Below, piece by piece: positions 12,551 to 25,500 of a DNA stretch of 64,000 nucleotides. The translations under genes and the position numbers were made by a program. The stretch's first letter is position 1. Each line of letters starts with the position of its first letter. Origin of the DNA: Octopus bimaculoides (taxonomy: Eukaryota); contig NC_069004.1 in NCBI RefSeq assembly GCF_001194135.2, positions 10,334,767 through 10,398,766 of the forward strand. Reading direction: 5' to 3'. A model generated the notes under the pieces. That model made no database searches, was not told the origin of the DNA, and saw only the letters and a list, made by a program, of their open reading frames with translations.

Positions 12551-15221
12551 TAGCAGCTAAGCCCGGTTTCACCCGGTCAGTTTGGATGATGTGGCTGTAA
12601 AAACTGCTCTGTGTAAGCATTCGACTTGTTTGGGCACACTTACGTTAAAAAACAATTTTAGAATGACTTTTTTCTGTCAAAACGCTAAAAATAACTGACC
12701 AACAAAAAAAAAAACAACCAAGATTCAACCAAATCAAAAAATAAACTCAAATACTAAGCGAACAAAGATGAACCACCCCACTTCCATTGCGCGTGCACAC
12801 AAACACACCCACTCACATTTACATATCCCCCCCCTTTTACATACACACATATATTCACACACAGTTGAAACGCTGTTTGATTTATTTTTTCAGCGTACAA
12901 TTTTCATCATCCCACTACCAAGTATGACATCACCCCTTCTTTTCTCAATCATAAACACAAGAGTATTATTATAGTAGATTATCTCGGTAACCATGGGAGC
13001 TATGAAAAAAAATACAAAGCTCAGCATCACCACTGGATCATTCTACACTTCTGTGTAATTTTTTACACAATTCCACCCAGCCATTTGACCGTGAATCCCA
13101 AGACAAGAAAGAATCGCCCATTTCAAATTTATATATATATATATATATACACACACTCACACACACACAATAGGCATCTTTCAGTTTCCATCTACCAAAT
13201 CCACTCACAAGGCATTGGTTGACCTGTGACTATAGTTGAAGACACTTGCCCAAGGTGCCACATAGTGGGACTGAACCCAGAACCATGTGGTTGAGAAGCA
13301 AACGTCTTGGCACGCAGCTACACTTGTGTCTAATATGTTAATATTTCCCATCTATTTACCACTTACATGAAACAACAACAACAATATCAATAACGAAAAG
13401 TGTACCTTCTTCCAAGGCGGTAACATCTTCTTTGGTCTCATCTTTAGATGACGCATGTTCACTTTCTTTGTATAGGATCTATGGGGAATAAAATATATAT
13501 ATATCTAATCAATGCTTAATTATTGCTTAATTAATAATGCTTAATTATTTGGAGAATAATGAAGACAGAGAATTGAAATATTGATATTTATGTATCATAA
13601 ATTAATTCAGAAGCTCAATGGCAGGGCAACAGTGTAAGAATGGTTAATCAATATTAGGAAGAATTCTGCTGCCATGTCAGTAAAACAAGAAGGAAGCTGC
13701 AAAGAAACTGAACCAGTAACAGGTTGGATTCCTTGTTAGAGCTGTAGCAATCCCCTTTTCATAGAAATTACCTTTGCATCAGCAAGAAGGCCATATATTG
13801 TTATACCTTAACTCTTCTATAAATATGAATGGAGAGTAAGCCTCTATGCAGATACTCAAGTTGCTAGAAATAATAGCCAAATCATCAGCTATATTCCTGG
13901 TATCAATTTTTTTAGTCAGTCCTTATGACACAAAGGGATATGGTGTATCTGTTCTAAAACCAGAACACACATGGAATATATTATGATGATAACATTCCAA
14001 TGGAGCAGTGTTTCCAACATGGACACAATACACCAAACAGAAATGCCAATTACTGGACCAAATTTGCCCGAGGCACAATTCCTTAGGGTCAAGTTATCTC
14101 CAGAAGCTTCAAATCTCAAGTCATTTTGGAGTTGTAGCTATTCTTATTTCTTTATTGCCCACAATGGGCTAAACATAGAGGGGACAAACAAGGACAGACA
14201 AAGGGATTAAGTCGATTACATTGACCCCAGTGCGTAACTGGTACTTAATTTATCGACCGCGAAAGGATGAAAGGCAAAGTCGACCTTGGCAGATTTGAAC
14301 TCAGAACGCAATGGCAGACGAAATAGTGCTAAGCATTTCGCCCGGCATGCTAATGTTTCTGCCAGCTCGCCATTATAGCTATTCTGCTACTTCCAACATT
14401 GATCAACAAATTATAACGACGACGACAACAACAACAATAAAGATACTTACCCCTGGAATAAGAGATCTGAGATCAGGTAAGGATTCGTAGAAAGTTCTAG
14501 TGTCTTCATCCTCAAACAGGCTTGTATCTCCTTCATAATGGAACTAAGCAATAAAGGCAATCATTAATAAAATTAATTAGGTTTCTAAAACAGAAAAATT
14601 TATAATGAATTCACAAAAACTAAAACAAAGAAGTGAAACGGTAACATTACTAACGAAATGTTTTAGTTTTAACAAATTTGACAAGTATTTCATTAACTTC
14701 AAACCAACTTCTATCTAACTTAAAGGAGTAGGCCATCATCATATGTATCTTGTAACAAATGTCACACTGTGTCTTCACCAATACATTTCTCTCTCTCAAC
14801 AGCCAATAGCACCTGGTTATAAGCAGATATGATGGTGGTTTGCAGGTGTAAACATGGGTAGGACTGTTAACATATTGTTTGTTAAACTGATATCACATCA
14901 TCCTGTCGGATAGGGCTAAGGGAGTCAACAAAGAACATGGCCAGACTTCCAGTTTAACTAACATGGAATGAATAAATTACTTTGTGGGAAGCATTTAAGT
15001 AATTAATTCTATAAACACCTCTTCAAACATTGATCTGGCACCTAATCTAATTAAACATCAATATAATGACAGTATAGGTGTCGCTATGTAGTTAAGAAGC
15101 TTGCTTCCTAACCACATGGTCTCAAGTTCAATCTGATTATATATCATCGTGGCCAAGTGTTTTCTACTATTGGCTGATCAAAGCCTTGAGAGTGGATTTA
15201 GTAGATGGAAACTGAAAGCCT

Positions 15222-15255
<34 letters not shown>

Positions 15256-16477
15256 TATACTAGGTTTGATATCACATGATCATCACTGTTAAATATGTAA
15301 ATTTGTTCATTTCCAATCTTCCATGAAAAACCTATCTGAAAATGGGGAAATAGCTTTCCTGGGAACAGGTGAGAGTTGCTGGCAAGAAAGGCATCCAACT
15401 ACAGAAAATCTACCGCAGCAAATTCCGTCTGACTCTTGGAGAAGGGGGAGGAGGAGGAGGAAAAAAAGAAAGAAAAGAGAAAAAGGAGGAGAGGAGGTTG
15501 TATTTTTAAATTACTTACTTCAGCATTTTTAATGGGGTTGAAGATGTCAAACATAGCGCCTTCTGAATCTTGTTTAAGCTCTGAAAAGAAATTAATTATT
15601 AACACTTCATTGAGACTATTATCAACACTAATTATTTCAATTCAGAATCAATTATTGACATCTAAAATACAATGACAGGCAAGGATGGACACCATATTGT
15701 CATTTTATGGACACCATACAGTCATTTTATGGACACCATACAGTCATTTAAATTTTAGAATCAACCATAGAATCTAACCTCAATTCTATTCTGTTGCACT
15801 ACATAAAATCAATACATGTAAAAGCCTATCAATCAATTATCAATCAAACTTATCAATAACAAACCCCTATTACTAAAACTACCACAACATTAAAACTACT
15901 ACTACTACTAAAACAACAGAAGTGAGCAAATACAAAAAAACCATCTACACTTACCTTCTTCAGGCAGGTCAGGGATTTCTTCATCAAGAAGATCCTGAAT
16001 AGAAATATATAATTTATCATGGAGGGCACTCTAATTCATTACACCACAAAATACTGTGTTCTTGTAGTCACTATCTAGAGGTGAGTCACCTTACTGGAGC
16101 TTCATCTGTCTATGGTCTAACCACAGGACTGCCAGATAACAAAACACTTGTCAATTTTATGTGCAGTGGCAAGTGAGTTGACAGAATTGTCAGCATGCCA
16201 AACAAGATGCTTAATGGCATTTCATCCGTCACTATGTTCAGAGTTCAAATTCAACTAAGATTGGCTTTGCCTTTCGTACTTTCAGAGTCAATAACATAAG
16301 AAATAGTTGAGCACTGGAGTCAATTTAATCAACTTGACCCCTCCCTCCAAACTGCTGGCCTTGTGCCAAAATTTGAAACCAATTTTATATGTAGTGACCC
16401 TATGCCAACTGAGGAGACTGTAAGCAAGCACTCAACATGGAAGAAATCCATGTTGTTGCTATTGTAGCTAAGAATAG

Positions 16478-16519
<42 letters not shown>

Positions 16520-19500
16520 TATATATATATATATACATACACACATATGTATATATACATACACAACAAGCTTTTTCATTTTCAGTCAACCAAATCCACC
16601 TACAAGGCTTTAGTATAGTCGACTTGGATCTATAGCAGAAGTCACTTGCCCAAAGTACCACATAGTGGGACTGAACACTAACCCACATAACTGGGAGGCA
16701 AGCTTTTTAACCACACAGCCACACTTGCACCAAATAATGTACTGACACCAATGTTCACTTTGTATGGCTGGAATAGTGTTGGCTTCCACCACCACAATCT
16801 ACAAGAGCTCTAAAAGTAAAAGCTCACAAATGTAAATGAAGGACAAAACATATCAACGTACTGCGAGTGTGTATGTGTTCTGTTGTAATTTTTGGTAATT
16901 TACTATAGCTGTTTCATAATTTTCTTTCCTCTCGTTGCTCAGTTCCCCTTTCGTCTGAAAGTAAATGAAGAAATATTCCAATCAAAACATATTTTACATG
17001 CCATGTGATTTAGATATACTAAGAATATATCTTGACAGCATTTTGGTGTTGCTCACCCTGTATTCAGTACAAAAACAAAAGTTTAAAAAAAACTGAAATC
17101 TTTGCTCTAGGTTGCATAGCATTGGTGGTTTGAGAGTCTGTAGGAATACTGAAAAAATAAGACAGAACTCATCATGGAAGGAAAATGTTCTGTTATATGG
17201 CCATTTCCATAACTGAAAGAGTACCATTTAATGGCTATTATATCTGACCACTATGCAGATTCTGCTGTACAGTGAAGTGATCCAGCCTCTGATATCAGCA
17301 ACTTTGAGAATAGCCATCATGCAAACCCTAAGCCTGCACCATACTTAGGCCTGGCTGATGAATCAGCACCCAAAATAATGCAAAAAAAGAAAAAAAAGAC
17401 ATGAACTGGAATAGCAGACAATTAACCTCTTTCTTTCTAGTATGCACCATTTCCCAGGTTGATACTTCCAGGACCAACCTCAGAGATGTCTGTTTGGAAA
17501 TATTCCCTTATAGTGACATTCCTGTGCCCTTTGTCAATCTTTTTCCTCACACACACTTTCAATATCCTCCTACTAAGTCATGATGGTATCATCGAGCTTG
17601 GAACCAGAGCACTTATTTACAATCCACTAAAGCAAGCCAGAGACTATCTTAGTTATTTACACACAAAGCGAAATCGTCATGGCATCTGTGCCCAGTATCG
17701 CCTTCCTGGTACTTGTGCCGGATGACATGTGTAAAGACATCGAGCGAGATCGTTGCTAGTGCCACCGAACTGGCTCCTGTGCAGGTGGCACATAAAATAT
17801 ACCATTTTGAGGGTGGCCGTTGACAGTACCGCCTGACTGGCTTTCGTGCCGGTGGCACATAAAATCACCCACTACACTCTCGGAGTGGTTGGCGTTAGGA
17901 AGGGCATCCAGCTGTAGAAACTCTGCCAAATCATATTGGAGCCTGCTGGTGTAGCCATCTGGTTTCACCAGTCCTCAGTCGAATCGTCCAACCCATGCTA
18001 GCATGGAAAGCGGATGTTAAACGATGATGATGATGATGATAGCTGAAGAAATAATACAAACTATCAACCCTTCAGTTATGGTGTCCATTACCCGAATAAC
18101 TGACAGCCAACTGAAGATTAGCCCCAAATGGTTACAGAGGAAGAAAAATAAAATTAAAAAAAAAGATTGCAGTCAACTTACCTGGAGTATTTTTCGATTC
18201 TGTTGCTCAATAGTTTTGAGATCTTTGTGTAATTTTTTCAAATGTTTACATAAAGTGGCATAATATTCTTTCAGCAAATTCCTGCATGCTTTTTGTCGCT
18301 CTGGTGGCAGCATCTGTCAATGGAAAGAATTACATAAACAACAATGAAACCTTAATAGAGCACAAGTGTGGCTCTATAGTTAAGAAGCTTGCTTCCCAAT
18401 TATGTGGCCTCAAGTTCAGTCCCAATGTGATGCACCTTGGACAAATGCTTCCTACTATAGCTCTGGGCCAATCAAAGCCTTGTGAGTGGATTGGGTAGAT
18501 CGAAACTCAAAGTCCATCATGTGTGTGTGTGTGTGTGTGTACTTTTATTCTGTATTCTTTTACATGTTCCAGTCATTGGACTTCAGCCATTCTGGAGCAG
18601 TCAAAGAATTCGATCCCAGGACTTCTTTGTAAACCTAGTACTTATTCTATTGGTCTCTTTTGCCAAACTGCTAAGTTACAGGGACATACACACACCACCA
18701 TCGATTGTCAAGCAATGGTGAGGGCACAAACACAAAGAGACACACACACAAATAAATATGTGTGTGTGTATGGATATATATANNNNNNNNNNNNNNNNCT
18801 AATTTAGAGACGAACCACCACTCTACAACTCAGAACCCCTCCAAATCCATGCTGTGAGGCATATACCATCTTAATATATCTAAGATTTTAATCTAAAAAT
18901 TTAAATTAAATAATATATTACATAAATAAATCATATAAGCAATGCCGTTTCCGGCCCTCCATGGGAAAAGACTTCTGGCAATGGACAAATATTACCTTGT
19001 CTAGATACAGGGGAGGGTTAGTGGCAGGAAATCTGCCTCAACAAATTTTGTCTGACCCATGCACACACAGAAAAGTGAACATGAAATGGTGATAAAACTT
19101 GTAGCAGAACTTAAAGAAAAAAAAATAGTGCTACTATTTCAGACTACTTATTCCCAAAGAATAGCTGGGCTGGTAAGAAACAATAATTCCCACAGTTCAC
19201 TTGGCTATGACTAGCTTGTTACATAATTGTTCCATCAAATACCATCCAGTGCATGAACATTTTTTAAAAAATAGCAGAACCGGACAAACTCTCAGCAATA
19301 AACAAACTATATAAGGGACATTTGTTAACTTACATTGCTTCTTTCAATTTCCAAATTGTGTTTCTCAGCTAAAATTCTGCAAGAAGAAGAGACATAAGTT
19401 ACAACAATTAAACACACTAAGAAAATAAAACTTAATTTTAAATAAGTACAGGAATAATATCAAGGTGTATTCTTTTTAACGATTCACCGTAACTAAAATT

Positions 19501-22500
19501 ACTCGATATGAGAAAATAATCATACCAGCTAAACCTTTAGCATTTAATCAAGCCATATCCAGCCTAAATATTCTACCTGTTTAATGTTTAAACTGACCCA
19601 ATCCAACCTCTTACACCTACCTTACAATGTCATTCTAAAAATTAAAGAAACACATCAAAATCAAAATCTTGAAGTTACAAGATAATGCATGATTAATTCA
19701 AAACAATGTGAATAAATAAGAATTGCATTTATTTGGATACTTAAAGGGTTAAACCCCTTCATCATCATCATCCTCATCATTTAACATCCGCTTTCCATGC
19801 TAGCATGGGTTGGACGATTTGACCGAGGGCTGGCAAGCCAGAAGGCTGCACCAGGCTCCAATCTGATCTGGCAGAGTTTCTACAGCTGGATGCCCTTCCT
19901 AACGCCAACCACTCCGAGAGTGTAGTGGGTGTTTTTACATGCCATCGGCACGAGGGCCAGTCACACGGTACTGGCAACGGCCACGCTCAAAAAGGTGTTT
20001 TTTACGTGCCACCTGCACGGGAGCCAGTCCAGCGGCACTGGCAACGACCAGGTACTGGCAATTAAAACGTATGTGTAAGTTGATGTGTGTCTTGTACTTA
20101 ATCAAAATACAGTAATCTTCATGGATGTATAATATGGTGAATATGACGACATGGCATTATTGCAAGTCATCTGGAAGGAAATAGGGAGGACCAACACTGA
20201 ACCCTAAATGGAACAAGCCTCTTCACTCACTCCTCTATCATGTCTCCCAAAGTTTATCTAATAAAAACATAATTACCTTCAAGGAATCTCAAGGATGTTC
20301 TAAACAGCTGATTGGAGAAAACAAAAAAATTTTAAAAAAAGGAACATATACATACCTGTATTTCCTGGGTACAATTCCAACGTAATCATCTCCACAGTGT
20401 TTACAAAAACTGGATATGATGGAGAGATTGTTGTGTTCCTCTTTATCACTGTTCACTAAGATGGAAAGCTGGTTGGCCAACACATGGAGACCTTCTTTTT
20501 CGGAAAACAAACCGACAGACACAAGTTCAGCAAAGAACCTCAAATCTACTCTGTATTTACTTAAGTTTGCAATCTGTAGCAGAAGAAACAAAACGAGAAA
20601 GAATTACCAACAGAATTGAAAAATCAAACCCTAAGACATGAAAAATTAACAGTCAGAAATAAGCAAGAAACCAAGTATTTTTGAAATTGTTGTTGACAGG
20701 CGCAGGAGTGGCTGTGTAGTAAGTAGCTTGCTTACCAACCACATGGGTCCGGGTTCAGTTCTGTAGCTTAACGCTTTAACATTTAAACCAACTATATCTG
20801 GACCGAATATTCTATCTGTTCTAAGTTCAAACCAGCCATATCTTGCCTCTCGTATCTACCTTATGATGTCACTCTAAAAGTAAATAATCACATCCTTCTA
20901 AATCTTAAAGCCACAAGATAATGCATGTTTAATTCAAATCAATGTGAATAAATAAGCATTATATTTGACGGTATTTTGAAATGCTGAGGGGTTAAACAGC
21001 ATCTGAGAGAGAAATCTTCCCTGGATAGCAGACACTGGTGTATTACAAATGGGTTTTCTTTCAAGAGGAGAAATTACTTCAGAACTGCAAAACAACGAAA
21101 TATACTCACCCAAAATCCAGAGACTTACAGTAAAGAATTATAGCACGTATAATATTTGTTTAGAGTGTGGTGGACTTGGCCAATGAAACTAAACATTTTA
21201 AACATGGATACACTGTAGTGTCAGTGACAGTATGAAACATGAAGAATTGTCTGCTATTGCTACTGCTGCTACTGCTACTGCTAGAATATCAACTTGGCCA
21301 TTTTAAGACCTTAAATAAAAGACAAGAGTCACAAAGTTTACATAAAGACAAAAGCAATGAATTGATAAACTGTCTCTCGTACCCTTTCCTCTTTCTTACA
21401 AAGGAGATATTTCTGCCAGTTTTCCATTAAACAGGAAGAAAAATCAGCATAGCGCTGGTGAAGGAGACTGCAAATAAGGACGGCACAGTTGATATCTGAC
21501 ATCTTCAGTTTGGCTTCAGTAAGTGCTGCAGCCTAAAACAAAAAAAAAATACATAAAAAAAATAAAGGATTATAAAATAAATAACAACAAAGTTATGTTC
21601 GTTATTCACTCCGCAACAATACTTTATACAAGGGGAAGAAATTAATTATTTTAATCAAAAAGTTAATGACTACAAAACTAAATATTTTACTAACATGGTT
21701 GTTTTATAATGTTACTATGAAGTACAGATTATTGTAACTTCCTATATTCCCCATAGTCTATATTTTACATTATAGTTTCCATATAAGTTGCAGGCACTAA
21801 TAATAACTTATAGTTACCAATAGCTACTAGAGCTATCATTACTATTATAACAAAACATAATTATTAACCACAAAGAGAAACTAGTATAACTATCTGGTCT
21901 AACTATTATAACTACAAATAGTAACTATTATAATTATCTATGTTATTAAGTGGAGGCACATGGCCAAGTGGTTAGAGCAGTGGTGAAGGGATTGTGGGTT
22001 CGAATGTCAGACCGAGTGATTGTGTTTACGAGCAAAACACCTAAGCTCCACCATAAGGTAATGGCGAACTTCTGCTGACTCTTTCCTTCTGCATCTAGCA
22101 GCTCACCTGCGATGGACTGGCATCCCATCCAGGTGGAGAACCTATACACCATTGAAACCAGAAAACTGGCCCTTATGAGCCAGCCATGCCGCTCAAGAAG
22201 GAACAAACAATAACATGCTATTATAACCAACAACTACTAAAATCACCACAGACTGACAAAGCCAAGAATTTGCAACCAAATCTCATGTTAGAAAAGATGG
22301 GATGGTCATAGCTGGAATGCCTGTAAAACAATACAGGTTTGTCACATGGATACAGTTTTTCTACACATGGATAGTTTTTCTACATGTGTAAACAGGCCAC
22401 ATCACATCTGTTGGCTGCCAAACTAGATGTCACAGAACTTTTCAAAACTTGGCAATCATAGCCTATGTGGAGCTAGACATTAATAATAACCAATATTAAT

Positions 22501-25500
22501 TATTATAATCAACAATATCAGTCACCAATGTTAATTATTACAATCATCAATATCAGTTATCATTGTTATTATAATCATGAAGGGATCCAAAACATGGTAG
22601 CTTCATCTGTTTGAAATAGCTACCAAATCTCCCTCAAAAGTTAACTGTACCCTCAGTTTCCCAAAACAAAAGATTTTATGAATTTATTGAACCAAGAAAT
22701 AAACCAGAATGGAATGTGAGGTCCAACCTGAAAGCATCACAGACACTCATAACAGATTGTTTAAGTTGGCCAAGGACTGGGAGACCTTGCTCATATACAA
22801 ATAAATACTTAATGATGCAGTAGATGGAGTTGTGAGTCCAGAACTAGAAGCCAGTGGCTGTGGCAGGATTGAGTGCATACAACAGGATGGGAGAGGAATA
22901 TATACTTACTGCTTCTCCGATGTACTTGGAAAGGTTTAAACTCTGGATATCTTTGGTCAGAGAGTCCTTCAGTGACTCCGTTAAATTACGCTGCAATTAA
23001 ATTACAAATTTCATTTTAAACATTATTATTTTTCAACACCAAAAACATTTAACTTTCTATAACATTGATTTTAATTTAATTGAACAATTAGGAAATGAAC
23101 TGTAACTAACAGTCAACATTTAAAAAAAAAACAAAAGAAAAGTAAGCAGGAGTGGCTGTGTGGTAAGTAGCTCGCTTACCAACCACATGGTCCCGGGTTC
23201 AGTCCCACTGCGTGGCACCTTGGGCAAGTGTCTTCTACTATAGCCTCGGGCCGACCAAAGCCTTGTGAGTGGATTTGGTAGACGGAAACTGAAAGAAGCC
23301 CGTCGTATATATGTATATATATATATATATGTGTGTATATGTTTGTGTGTCTGTGTTTGTCCCCCCAACATCACTTGACAACTGATGCTGGTGTGTTTAC
23401 GTCCCCATAACTTAGCGGTTCGGCAAAATAGACCGATAGAATAAGTACTAGGTTTCCAAAGAATAAGTCCTGGGGTCGATTTAATCGACTAAAGGCGGTG
23501 CTCCAGCATGGCCGCAGTCAAATGACTGAAACAAGTAAAAGAGTAAAGAGTATTTATTCCATACACTAGTTATTTGACTTCCCCCGATTAAATCTAACCA
23601 ATTCTTCTTTATTCCACAGCACAGTGAGGTAGACTGGGCTGTTGACAGTGAAGCCACAAACCTTTGCAGCTAGCTACTTAGTGACCAGCCACACTACCTT
23701 GGAGCCATTAACTCTTTTACTGTAGAAAGCAGATAATATCCACTTAAAACTTCATTACCTTTAAATGCAGATAGTAGTTTTTTCCATACCAATCCTACAC
23801 CCAGAACCATGCTAATAGCTTAGGAGTGAAATTTAGGATTTCTCAATTTTTTGGGTATCGATTTTCATAAAACTTTTTCCAGCTGGTTTCCATACTATAG
23901 CAACACAATTGTTATGTTTTCATTATTCTGTGTAACATCTTTTCTTTTTTATTTCAGATTCTTCAGTTTTGGGGTAAACCACGCTAATAGCTTTTGAATG
24001 AAAATAGCCCATCTAGACTTTTTTTTTTTTTTCAGAAAATGAAGGGTAATGATACATTTTAAGCATACATTGAATATATATTTAACAGAAAACCATAATA
24101 ATAAAATAACATTTATTGACATAATAATTTAGCCACATGAGCGCCCAGGAAGAAACGATCCGATTATGAGACCTTCAAGNNNNNNNNNNNNNNNNNNNNN
24201 NNNNNNNNNNNNNNNNNNNNNNNNNNNNNNNNNNNNNNNNNNNNNNNNNNNNNNNNNNNNNNNNNNNNNNNNNNNNNNNNNNNNNNNNNNNNNNNNNNNN
24301 NNNNNNNNNNNNNNNNNNNNNNNNNNNNNNNNNNNNNNNNNNNNNNNNNNNNNNNNNNNNNNNNNNNNNNNNNNNNNNNNNNNNNNNNNNNNNNNNNNNN
24401 NNNNNNNNNNNNNNNNNNNNNNNNNNNNNNNNNNNNNNNNNNNNNNNNNNNNNNNNNNNNNNNNNNNNNNNNNNNNNNNNNNNNNNNNNNNNNNNNNNNA
24501 CTTACCAGCTTCCTCACAAAAGCAGTATTTCTTCTGAGGTTAGAGTCCAACTTACTGAAAAATGTCTCATCTGGACGATTCTCTATAAATAGATCACACA
24601 TAGTTAGTTGGTATAGGCGAGGATATTGGTCATATGAGAAAAAACTATTCAACTATCAAACACTTTGTAAGTTTAACTGCAAACCTAATTCAAACTGTGA
24701 TATAACCAACATAAATATACTTTTAGCACTTCAGGCGGAAAAAAAAAAAAAAAATTATCAAGTACAATTAAAATTCAGAAATTAGAATTTTTATTCCAAA
24801 AAATTAGAAATTTTTGAGTTTGCAAGGACCATTGACAATTGGAAGAATAGTCTTCAGCATTACTTATCCACCTGTAAAGTCATGAGATGTTTATCTTGAT
24901 ATGAGGTCACCATATCACACACATAGTTCTGATGTATGTGCCTGGTGTGCCCTTATCAGATGGGTAGTCATGCTGTATTGGATTTCATACATTTGTACCC
25001 CAGTGTCACTTTGATGGCATGTGTTGCTCTCTCACTCAATAATAATAAACAATATGACAGAAATATTAGATTTCAGACAAAAGAATTTAGTCTATAAAAT
25101 TTACAAAAATCCAGTCAACAAGAAAGCATTTAAAGGGTCACTTGACCAGCTAGAAACAGCAGTCAAATCTCCCTCAAGACATACTCCACAGTATGAAGAA
25201 AATGATTTGTGTATGAAGAAATGACTCAGTATGAAGAAAATGACTCATAGAAAATGACTCGTTAGTTATTGTAGTACTCTCTGCTTAAAAAATGGAAACA
25301 CTAGATGGTCATAGCTGGACTGTCCTTGTGTAAAGCTCTTTTGAATCAGAACTGAACAAGTTTTACTGCATTTAATATCAAATGATTAAGCTAACTTAAA
25401 CTCACCTGCAGCATTAAGATTCTTGCCTCGTAAATAATTCTTCTGGTCCAATCTCTCTTTCACCTCTTGTATATAATCTTGGATCGTCCTCTGCAAGCCA

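Noticed and set aside
15685-15750. CRISPR-like arrays at short tandem repeats (here and 45791, 63080)
   Set aside because: Head-to-tail repeats without unique spacers, in a eukaryotic genome.
24180-24499. A hidden UPF2 exon in the gap right after the c5 donor
   Set aside because: c5 (…FVRKL) joins c6 (RNLTE…) in frame with no missing homology relative to human UPF2 as recalled.
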